A DNA stretch of 64,000 bases, from the NCBI GenBank assembly GCA_050084985.1, contig JBITNC010000001.1, forward strand, positions 98,580,001 to 98,644,000. Direction: 5' to 3'. Origin of the DNA: Nageia nagi (lineage: Eukaryota; Plantae; Pinophyta). Under the pieces are notes generated by a model. It made no database searches. It was not told where the DNA came from and worked only from the letters and a program-made list of their open reading frames with translations. The translations under genes and the position numbers were made by a program. Positions 1 to 10,199 of this stretch are shown piece by piece. Numbering within the stretch: the stretch's first letter is position 1; every line of letters begins with the position of its first letter.

Positions 1-799
1 CACCTTATTGAACGTCTCCTACAAGATCATTGCAAAAGCTTTGGTGATTTGATTGCACAATTTACTTCCTTTAATTGTTCACCCAAAGCAAACACGATTC
101 ATCATAAATTGTTATATTCTAGATAACATAAGCACATTTTGAGAAGGCATGGAATAGGCTTGCACGTCCAAAGAAAAGTCATCTTTATTAAGATTGACTT
201 TGCTAACGCTTATGATCAAATAGAGTGGCCTTTCATCCTCGCCATGTTGCAAGCTTTAGGGTTTCGCTCAACCTTTATCCGATCTGTAATATGTTTTTTG
301 AACATGCCTCTAAATGGCTAACAATCAACCCCCTTTGGTCTTCAATCTATCAAACAAGGGTTTTCACTCACTCCAACTTCATACATGCTAGTGGTAGAGG
401 GATTTTGGTATCTCCTTTCCCATGCGCTACCTCTTTGTCGAGTCAAAAGCATGTTGCTCCCTCATTCCAATCAACAACTTCTCAACAACCATTTTGCCAA
501 CATCTTTTTTCTCACCCTTCTAAAAGAGGAGACCAACATCACACTGGCTCTTAAATGCCTAAACATTTTGCACGGCCTTTAGGTCCAATATCCAATGGCG
601 TAAGATACAATGTTATCATTGATCCTAGCTACTTACACTTGCATGGCTTGACAATTATGGTTGGAAGTGGATTACCCAAACCCTCATGGAGCATTGGTTT
701 AATGCACCACACAAAGTATTTTGCATGCCTCCAAATTCCCCAACGTACAAGAGCAAGTCTCGAGGGCAACATTGTACCCAAAGCCATGGCCTACATGCA
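1..799 (+). mobile_element. Decayed L1-type LINE ORF2 (reverse transcriptase) fragment, inside intron 4 of the tetraspanin gene
   Basis: Translates to TLLNVSYKIIAKAL...HPKQ...ILDNI...FIKIDFANAYDQIEWPFILAMLQALGF with stops and frameshifts; same motifs as the LINE at 40.8-41.1 kb. Confidence 0.9.
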
Positions 800-2112
800 T
801 GTGACGTCCCCCTTGCACTTTTAGTGGGACCGGTTTGGTCACATTGTACTATACTTATTTGATGTACTTGCATTTATATTATGTAATTTAGGATAGGAGA
901 CTTAATGGGTCAAGTGGACCCCACTATGAGCCCCAAGTGGGACGTCTCCCTCTTGAGTAGTAGATTAGGCATGTATTGCATTAGAGATCCCGAATTGTGG
1001 GAGTCTCAAGGTACATTTATACACTAGAGTGATGGACGGCCACCAACATGCTAGCGCCACACTGGGGAGGGTCCCATACCCCCACGTTGGCATTATGAGT
1101 GATCATGACACCCACATTGACACTTTAGATGATTGGGCCCCCCAAATACCCAACGTTGGATTAGATGGGCCTGGGATGACTCCTAGGTGAGATCCGGACA
1201 CAAGTAATGTATAAATAGACATTGGAGCTTCGTTACTGGACAACCATTATTATTATTCATTACTACTACTTCAATCCTTCAAACACAAGTCTTAGCGGTG
1301 CTAAGCATTCCATTCCTAGGCAGAGGTTCTAGAGGGTAGTCAGGCGTTGGGATCCTGATTATCTACGGCATTGGTGGAGCACCTTTGCCCATCCGATGGC
1401 ATTCTGAGGGTTTACTTCTATCGTTCATTCGATTAGCCAGAGTTCGAGGAGGGCTCCTTCAGTGGAGAGGATTCAAGGTCTGACGAGGTGAATCTATCCC
1501 ATGGTTTCGCAATTATTCAATATTGGAGAGATTGGATTGTTGCGCCCTAGTTGGCTCCTTGGAGGCCAACGACTACCCATTGGGCTTGGTATTGTACTTG
1601 TTATTATTGTATATCATTTGTATAGCCAAAGGGAATTTGGATCTCATGCTTTATTGTATTGCTTCATCTTGTGCATGTGTTGGATCTAGATGGTTGTATA
1701 TGCTTGTGTTTATCATTTAGAGGCATCTTAATGTGTTAGGGTTTGGATTATGCATGTATGAGCCAAACGTTGGCATTCTAAGATTGTATTCATTGATGTA
1801 TGCTTACATATGCTAGACGTTGGCATTTTGGGTATCCGAATGTGTAATCTTAATGCTCTAATCCTAGCATTGGCATTTAAGGGTTTATATGATTGCATGT
1901 CAGTGCCCTAGACCTGACGTTACGGCTTGATGATCCTATATTGCTAGTTAAAAAGGAAATTTGAATTTTGGATCATCCCAACACACCTAGGCGAAGCCCC
2001 TTTTATAGAACTGGCAATGGTAGAAGTGGGACTTGCTAAAACCCTCCGACTCATCCCACCTAGCCTCTTGCTTTGGGCAAGGGTGGAACTCGATTAAATT
2101 CACCCCGGCTCA
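800..2112 (+). mobile_element. Probable solo LTR (Ty3/gypsy-like) inserted in the LINE
   Basis: Starts TGTGACGTCCCC, TATA-like TATAAATA near 1209, ends ...CCCCGGCTCA; LINE coding resumes after it; target duplication only 3/5 (atgca/attta). Confidence 0.55.
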
Positions 2113-2320
2113 ATTTAGCTATCTCCTCAAATAAATGTAGTGGCCAATCAAGTGAAGGACATTATTGGCAATGGCACCAACATATAGACTAGGACCCTCC
2201 ATTGGATGACTCAAAGGATCCTCATGCTAGATGAGGTGACCCCTTGAATCATGACCAACCACCTTTTGGCTCCATAGCTAGAGCAGCATAGCTTAATCAC
2301 AGATTAATCTGCTTTTTTTA
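2113..2320 (+). mobile_element. Continuation of the LINE ORF2 fragment
   Basis: VANQVKDIIGNGTNI*TRTLHW resembles the post-RT LINE motif (IGNG..T.FW.D.W). Confidence 0.5.
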
Positions 2321-2455
2321 TGTTGTCTACTTAAGTTTTATAGGCCTTGGGCCTTCGCATAGACTCAAGGTATGATTTTCTATCCACCCAACCTTTTTTG
2401 TAATTAAGTATATGTTTATACTATTTTGCAATATATAATGGAAGTGCACTTTTTC

Positions 2456-2497
2456 ATATATATATATATATATATATAAAAGAAAGAGAGAGAGAGA
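2456..2497. repeat. Compound (TA)n / (GA)n microsatellite
   Basis: tatata... followed by gagagagaga, seen directly. Confidence 0.95.
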
Positions 2498-3110
2498 CTC
2501 GTCAAGACTCATTTGAACTGTGCTTAACCAGATGAACCTCTTAGTTTCTAAGGTATATCCACAAACACACAACTTACATTTCACACACAGTCAAGCAAAG
2601 CTTTTGAGATAGCACAAAATTAGACCCAGAAAAACTTTAAAAAAACTAATAACAATAATTATAACTCCGCAAGACTCTTGTGTAAACTGCGCAAAGATCA
2701 GGGTATCGAAAAATTATATAAATTTTAAAATTTGAACAAAAGTTACATTGTTACATAAAACAGGATTTGTCTCTGATTTTGGCTTGTTCTTCATAATATC
2801 TACTTTGTCCCAAATCAAAATCATTAAAATGTAATTTTGCAACTCAAAGTTTATGTGAACCTCAGATCTGTTAATATAAGGCTATCTGGACTGTCCTGCA
2901 ATGTTTATATTTCATAGATTTGCATCCATTCTCGCTTAGAAGCGAAAAACTTTGTATACAAATACCATATTACATGACAAATTTAATTGCAAAACTAAAA
3001 GGGAATCAAAACAAGAAAATCCTGTAGCAAATAGTACATGAACAAAAACTAAAAACCCAGTGAAACAAAGAAGGAAAAAAATTTAAGCATGGCCATTTAT
3101 AGATACTTAC

Positions 3111-3166
3111 GCGAATACTGTGAATGTTGCGATTCCCGCCAGAAGTAAAAACATCATTATCAAATA
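3111..3166 (-). CDS. TET10: Tetraspanin-10-like protein, exon 4 (remaining exons lie left of the window)
   Basis: ttggcag acceptor; YLIMMFLLLAGIATFTVF(A) = TM3; GTAAGT donor at 3110; no FIVTN exon found in 1-3110. Confidence 0.9.
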
Positions 3167-3299
3167 CTGCCAAAACGTTACTGTCAAAGACGAAACAAAA
3201 ACGCTAGTAAATGCATTCCGACTATAATGCAACTCTAATTCAAATTCAATACATTTCAAATTTAAGAGGATTAAACCAAAATTCCGCCCAAAAGGATAC

Positions 3300-3354
3300 G
3301 ATCCATAACAGTATCGAAATGTTCTTTAGAGCTCCTAAGAATCCAAGCAATGAT
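3300..3354 (-). CDS. TET10: Tetraspanin-10-like protein, exon 3
   Basis: tggcag acceptor; (I)SLLGFLGALKNISILLWI; phases join exactly; donor GTATCCTTTT. Confidence 0.93.
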
Positions 3355-3458
3355 CTGCCAACAAATAATCAATATCATTTCAAGCTAAAGACAAGATGCC
3401 TGATAATGAAAAAGTGTATCACTTCATAAAACCTTAAGACTTCGAAAAATTTGCATAC

Positions 3459-3571
3459 ATAATAAAAATGAAGCCTCCAATGGCAAGAACTGGAACTGTA
3501 AGGAACTTGTCACAGTCGTCGTGTCTGGTGCCCAACCACGCCCCCATTCCTATCACGCATATCGACACCAG
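3459..3571 (-). CDS. TET10: Tetraspanin-10-like protein, exon 2
   Basis: ttttgcag acceptor; LVSICVIGMGAWLGTRHDDCDKFLTVPVLAIGGFIFI (TM1, small loop with Cys, TM2); GTATG donor; phase 2. Confidence 0.93.
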
Positions 3572-3723
3572 CTGCAAAATAATTTTCATAGATGCATTTT
3601 AAATGTCCGAATGCAAAAGCCGCAGAGCAACAGAATATTTACAGAATGGAACAGCCATTGAAAGCAGGTGCAAATATCCAAACTTAATAAAGATTTTTGC
3701 AATTTTTTTAACAAGATTCATAC

Positions 3724-3777
3724 CAGAGTGAAGAGATTAACCCACTGTATGACGAATGTGCTCGACCGAGATCCCAT
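3724..3777 (-). CDS. TET10: Tetraspanin-10-like protein, coding exon 1
   Basis: ATG at 3777; MGSRSSTFVIQWVNLFTL matches the plant TET10 N-terminus (STFVIRWVN.LT); donor GTATG at 3723. Confidence 0.92.
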
Positions 3778-3959
3778 GGCCTTTCTCGTAGAATGGCTAC
3801 GAAAGCATTGCTGCTTTTGTAAGGACGAGATTCGAACCCGAGACGTCGAAACTTTTTGTCTGACCTTTGCCGCCTTTTCTTTGTCTTTTTTCTTCTCCGT
3901 CTGATAAGACAGTTGTGCCGTGAAGGCACGGGAACGACAGCGCCACAGGTAATGAGTTG

Positions 3960-4060
3960 AAGTACGTTTGTCCACGTAATCATGTTGGGTATTATGCCCG
4001 GCCGCCAGTGGCGATTAATCATGACGTGGCATAATGCTACGCATTGGCATGCCATAATAA
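3960..4060. promoter_or_regulatory. CpG-retaining proximal promoter of the tetraspanin gene with ACGT-core elements
   Basis: CCACGT near 3972 and TGACGTGG at 4022-4029 (G-box/hex/ABRE-like), 200-250 bp upstream of the ATG. Confidence 0.5.
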
Positions 4061-5031
4061 TGCCTTTCGTTTGTTGCTTGTACGGTACAAGTACCTCTAA
4101 AGGTTTGCTTTTCCAAGCTAAGGGTGAATGGGATTATGGGACGATATCAAATCTTTTGTATCATAAAAATAATATTTTTTTTAATATGTAAGATATATTT
4201 TGTCTACTTTAATGAATATGTATTTCATAGTTATTTTTAATTTTAATTTTTTTTTAATAAATGAAAAAATTTATTATTAAAATAGTGCATTTAGGATATG
4301 AATGTAAATATAATTTTGCTTTATGGGATGGTGAGAGTGGAGTAAGAAGAGGTGAAGGCACAAATAATGGTGAAAACAAGGAGGATGTGGACGATGGAGA
4401 TGTAGAAGGATGGTGTGAAATTGTTTCAAGCAAGAAGCTATAAGGTTTTGTCGTAAATATGGGTGGAATTGATTTGGTAAACCTTTTCGAGCTTTTTACC
4501 AAAAATTCTAGTACAGGTAATTCACATAACTCAACCATGGTTATGAAGGGAGATGAACATAAGCTTAAGGTTGTTAACAAGATTGGCCTTTTCACAAGTT
4601 TGACTACATGAAGCCATTTTTTCAAAAGGATTGGTGCACAAGGATGTCATTGGGGTCTGACGAGTTGTTGCCATGGCGGTAGTTAGTAAGACTGATAAGC
4701 TACAAAATGAGGGATTCTTAACATATTCATTATTAGCTATTGAAAGATCAATGTTTAGGGATGGGAGTGTAATGAGGATTGATCTCATCTTTGGTTATGA
4801 TAATGGGTATGGCCACTTGTTAGAAATCATTATTGAAATAATTTTTGGGCTATTTTCGAGGCCATGCAGGGTGAACGGTGCATAATAGATTTTGTATACG
4901 AAGAAGGTGATCATGCATATTTCTTGCATATGAATGTAGACATTGAAATTTGCTCTTAAAGGCTAGAGTTTCAATTAACAACGATGGTATGGCAAGAGAT
5001 GGAAGTTGTATTAGAGAATGTTCTAGTACAC

Positions 5032-5112
5032 TGAGTTGAAAACTTTGATGGTGACATAGGAGACATCACACTATGAGTTGAAAACTTTGATGGTGACATA
5101 GGAGACATCACA
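5032..5112. repeat. Perfect 39-bp direct duplication (42-bp period)
   Basis: tgagttgaaaactttgatggtgacataggagacatcaca at 5032-5070 and 5074-5112. Confidence 0.95.
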
Positions 5113-5419
5113 AGAGGTTGGGACATGTTATTGCATGCACCTATTATTGCCTCGTATTCAAATGAGTATGGGTTGACTATGATCCTAGTACAAGGAGAGG
5201 GCCTCTTTTGGAACCTTAAACACGATTATGGAAGGAAATTTACTTTGAAACTAAATTCTTTATTGTTGAACTAAAAAATGTCTATTTAAGGAGCTCATAC
5301 AAACCTTTGTAATGAGAAAGAATGAAGATCTGGTGATTATAGTATGTCTCATGGAGGGAACGATAAAGATAAAATTATGGATAACGTTGATGGTTACTTT
5401 AGCGGTATATTTATTGTAT

Positions 5420-5650
5420 ACCCTAAATTGTGTAAATAATAATATAAACACATATAAGTATACGAAAGATGATACTTATTCAAATACAAATATTAGTAAA
5501 TGAAAATTGTGCACTTAATAAGATAAAACATATATATAATCCTCAAGGTATGGTAAGAGTACACAAAAGACTAGATTGAATCTAATGAGAGCTTGTGGAT
5601 AGTATTCAATTGACCAAATGAGTATTCATCATCTCCTTTATTTGTAGCTT
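5420..5650 (-). mobile_element. LTR fragment, same family as 23710-24578
   Basis: Aligns by eye to ~23888-24118 (cctaaatt.tgtaaataataatata...gatga.acttattcaaatacaa...ttcatca.ctccttta.tgtagct). Confidence 0.75.
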
Positions 5651-6329
5651 AGGGTTTTGGAATGAAATCAATAAAAATAGAAAAAGACAAAACGTGGCTA
5701 TCAATTTTTTCTTATTAGAGCCTTGCTACCTAGTTACCTTGCTTATTGAGGATGCACTTTACCTACCTTTGCACTCTTGCCTACCTGACAAAAAAAGAGT
5801 GGGGTATGCTCTTTCCTGTTTGACCATTTGATTCATTTTCTCCATGTTGACATGGTGAATGTTGATTGGAGGTCCATTGAGTGCCATTTAGCGAGGAGAA
5901 AAGGGCACATGGTTAAGTATATCAAAAGTCTCCCTGTAGACCATGTGATGAGTTCATTTCCTTTATTATTTTTCCTCTTTTTGCTGCATTTTTTCTTTTA
6001 TTTCCTTATGTTGTCGAAACTCTAGGATTTCATTTTCTTGTTTTGATCCTGTAAAAGAAGGAAGGGAGGGTTTTCCTTGTGTAGTTTTTACTCGATAGAC
6101 TGTATGGCCATTCGTAGAAGGGATTAATTATTTTAGATTTAGTTTTATTGAACATGCCCCTTTTTTATTTTCGTGTTTGCATTTTAGATTTTAAAAGGGG
6201 GTTTTATTTGTTATATGATATGGGAGGAGAGTATACCCCTAACATTTATGTAGCACATACAGTCATTTTTATTAAATATTTATATAGTTTATAAATATCT
6301 ATTGATTTTGCATTTTCATTTTATTTTAG

Positions 6330-8110
6330 GACCATAAACACTTGCTACCAAGGGGCCCTATGAAATTGGAGGCCTTGGAGGGCACAAGGTTGGATTCATT
6401 CGAATCGAGATAATGAGATGCTAGAGGCTTCAAGTCTATATGATTTAGCCATTATCGACCACATTAAGATTGACTTTCCCTTTTTGATAGCATTGATTAA
6501 GTGTTGGGATGCATATTCCAACACCGTCCACTTGTCCCTTAGGAGAGATGACTATCAAACTCCTGGAAGTGTATAGGATTTGGCACATTCCGATTCAAGG
6601 AAGACTAGTTTCACATGCTACTATCAACAGCCACCTAGAGAGGGATGATCTATCTGCCTAGTTAATAAGAAATTTTGACCATGATTAGGAGCATAGAGCA
6701 ACATACCTTCATACATCATGCTAGCATGATCCTGGAATCAGGAACCTATGACTATTATTTGTTACTATTATTACAATATTATTATATTTGAACAAAAATA
6801 ATTTATGTTTTCTTTAGTTTTAATGTGGATAGTCAAAGACATTTGTACCAGGGGTGAAAAGTATGCACGGGGACTATGCATACTAGCTCAACTCTATAGG
6901 CATTTACACCACATTATCACCATGGTAAATCTAATATTATGGTAGTTCATGCATCTCTCCTTTACATGTGGACATATGAGTACATAACAATGTTCAAGCC
7001 GAATAGGATTGGCAAGGTGGAGGAACAACTTGACAAACCCTGCCATGTATTTTGGGTGTCCATTCGATTATTTCAAAGCCCTGTACAACATTGAGGCATG
7101 ATAGAGGGAGATAAACACCCTTTAGACTGAGGACATTATTTGGTTACATACCAAGACTATGCTATGATGAGGATGTCCATCAAGTTGCTTGCATGAGATA
7201 ACACTATTTTTTTCAGACTAGGTGGAGGGAAGCGGAGCCCTATTATTTTGGTCATGTTCTATGTTAGTTCAACTCATGTAAGACATTCCAACAAGTGTGA
7301 GATATTGCATGAGGTAGAGGCAAGAGAGAGATGCTCATGATGATGCGCTATTGATACCAATCTGGTAGAGCACATGGTAAGAGCCACATGAGTTAGATGC
7401 TACAACTGTCATTTCTTTTTCTCTGACCACTATTATAGGATACGAGGTTTGGTGGGGAGGTATTAGACCTACCCCCCCTTGGGTTACTAGTTTTGGATGA
7501 GGATGATAGGATAGAGGTATCATCATATGAGTCATTTGATGAGGATGATGAGGACATGGAGATTCCTCGTGATGAGATACCTCTAGAGATGCCCTCAATA
7601 GGACCATCTACTTTTAGGGCCCCTACACTAGGCACTGAGCTATTAATCAAGGCCATTACTTTGGTTTCATCATGTATATTTTATTTTTATAAGTTAAAGT
7701 TTTTAAGTTTGTATTTTGATTAATTTTTGCAATTAAATAACATCATTTTATGGCTTTTTTCAAATGATATAGCAGCTAGGGTGGCTAGCATAGAGGAGGA
7801 GGTTACTAGTCTTCAGCCAATTAAGGATGAAGTGGAAAAGTTGAAGCTACTAGAGGTTGAGGTAGCGAGACTGCAACATATGGAGGTGAAGTTGACTTTT
7901 CTTAAGAGTACTTTGAGTGAGGTACAAATTATCTTGGTTCAACAGGATGCACATATTACCATTTTAGAGTAGGATAACAAGAGGATGCAAGAGAGGTTAC
8001 ACATGCCTCCTCCAAATGAGTCTTGGGCATTCATGTCCAAGTAGGTAGAGACACAACAAAAGTTATATCAAGAGATAGGTCAGCTTAGGGATAAGTATGG
8101 GAAGGCCAAG
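6330..8110 (+). pseudogene. Decayed plant mobile domain (PMD, MAIN/MAIL-like) gene, transposon-borne; tail continues at 19477-19605
   Basis: FLIALIKCWDAYSNTVHL..GEMTI, YA(R/W)GLCILAQLYRHL and LYMWTYEYI match PMD motifs (ALVERW.....FHL..GEMTI; YSWG...LA.LYR.L; LQ.W..EH); acidic and coiled-coil C-terminus; many stops. Confidence 0.8.
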
Positions 8111-8706
8111 TGTAGACCATAACTAATGCATAAATGGTAAATCAACGCACTATTTTTCTACAATATATTATTGAAGCATACATGATAAATATAGCATCAA
8201 ACGAACAATGATAATCAATGTACCTTCATCGTAGTCATAAACATGAAATAACAAAGATCATTCATCAACCATCACACAACATTCATAAACATGTATGCTA
8301 CAAATGGCCTAAAGATACCACACCGCTAATTGCATTAATTAAGTAGATCGATGAATGGAATAAAAGAGACATGAAGGGTTTAATAGATCTATGCAGAGGT
8401 GGTGTTACAAAACACCATTGTTGGTAAGATAGAGCAATCTTGCATTTATTTAAGTCACTCTTAGTATTTTTGATATGATTTGTCTTTATAGTAACATCCT
8501 GGTCTTCTTTGATTCTTAGGATCATTGCACATTACATGGCTTGAGGTGTCTTTCTTGATTTTTGATACCTTTTACATTGCACAATGATCCATTACATTTA
8601 TTAAATTTCCTTGGGTATATTTTAACCCCTTTTTTTACACTAAATATCCTTGATGCTATGAAACTTAATTATTTAATAAATAATAATTCATTTTAATGCA
8701 TCTACA
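8111..8706 (-). repeat. 3' LTR of the Tat element
   Basis: Homologous to 18844-19476 with TG..CA ends. Confidence 0.92.
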
Positions 8707-10199
8707 TTTTGCCCCTCTTTGGACGTGTGATTGAATCAATGAAATTAAATGTCCAAACAAGAAGTATAGAAGAAAGTTTTTTAGAACTTTAAACTCTTTA
8801 CTGCACTACTATTTGATAATGATGCTAATGGTGAGAGACCTTTGCTACCCCCTTTTGGCTTGGTTGCCCCAAGAAAGGTCGTTGAGTGATGCAACCAAGA
8901 CAAATTTGAAGAACTGTGTCTCTTTTCTCCTTATGATATCTCTACCTTGGAAGGAACTTTGATAACATGTAGTCTTATGGTTCCATGTCTAATCTCTAAA
9001 ATGATAGATGTTATTTTTTCCCTTGCACTGTTCAACCATGGATCTGGCTATTCTGTCATGTCTGATTCTTAGGAAATTGATGCTCTCATGTCCATACCTT
9101 GAGATAGAAGAGGTCACTTTGTTTATATTGATATGCCATTAATGTGCATGACACTGGCGATGCAACACAATGAGCACATTGCTAACAGCCTGAGTTTCTT
9201 TATATTTTCCTTTCTTCTTTGTGATGTAGAATCATGTAGAAAGGTGTTATATATACCTTGCATGATAATAATTTGGATACATAATGAGTTTCATCATCCA
9301 TTGATGATGATTCAATGTTATAAATCTACTTATGATTGCATCATCGTTCATCTTTTAAATGAGTGAACTCTCACTAGACCGTATCGATGGTCATCGACAG
9401 TCATACGTTTTATATCTATGACCCAAAGACATTATGTTTTGTATTGTTCAAAGACAAAATCAGGTGGACACACAACAAGTTGCATAATCCATTGGACATA
9501 AGCCAATATCAACATATTAATTACAGTTGCATCATTGATTTATCTTTTAAGTGAGTGAACTCTCACTAACGTATCATTGGCCATGATAATCTTGCATTTT
9601 ATATCCATGGTCCGTAGACATTATACTGTCATCAATTTTTTTTGTGAAACCCACGTATTAGCGATGCATAGATAGTTATACATGCCATTAGCTACGTGAA
9701 AATGATACAGTTACAATGAAAAACTAAAAATGAAATACCTAGAGCATAAATATCTTGCTCAAATTTTTTGATATATTGCATGATATGGAGCCACTATCTT
9801 CATGCAAAGAAGCATTTGACATGGGTGGCATTAAGGTATTTACTTCTTCTTTTTGCATCCATGGATGATAAATTTTGGGCTCTTGATCCTGTTTCTTCCA
9901 TTAATAAATGGGCCTAGCCAATTTGGCTCAAATTTGCCTTTGACTTCATCATTTGTCGTTATCTTATTTATGTTCTCCTTCAACACTAAATATCCTTCTT
10001 TGAACTCTTTTTCCTTTATCTTCTTTCCAAATGCTCTTTTTAGTTTTGAATGATATACCTTCTAATGTTCAATTGCTCTTAATCTCTTTTCATCCAATGA
10101 CTCTAATTGCTGCAATCTAGCTTTTCTTACATCCTCATCTACTATGTCTCCTTGCAATGAAATCCTTATAAAGGGGAGTTCTAATTTCAATGGTACTAC

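Noticed and set aside
2861-2895. Candidate tetraspanin exon 5 (CAG...GT)
   Set aside because: The required phase gives an early stop and no FIVTN similarity
3708-4055. ORF-track proteins 3708-4055, 3668-3904 and the N-terminal extension of 3718-3975
   Set aside because: Promoter/UTR read-through; only the last 18 codons match tetraspanin
4250-5200. Coding gene from ORFs 4254-4885
   Set aside because: No recognisable motifs; looks like an unclassifiable decayed TE
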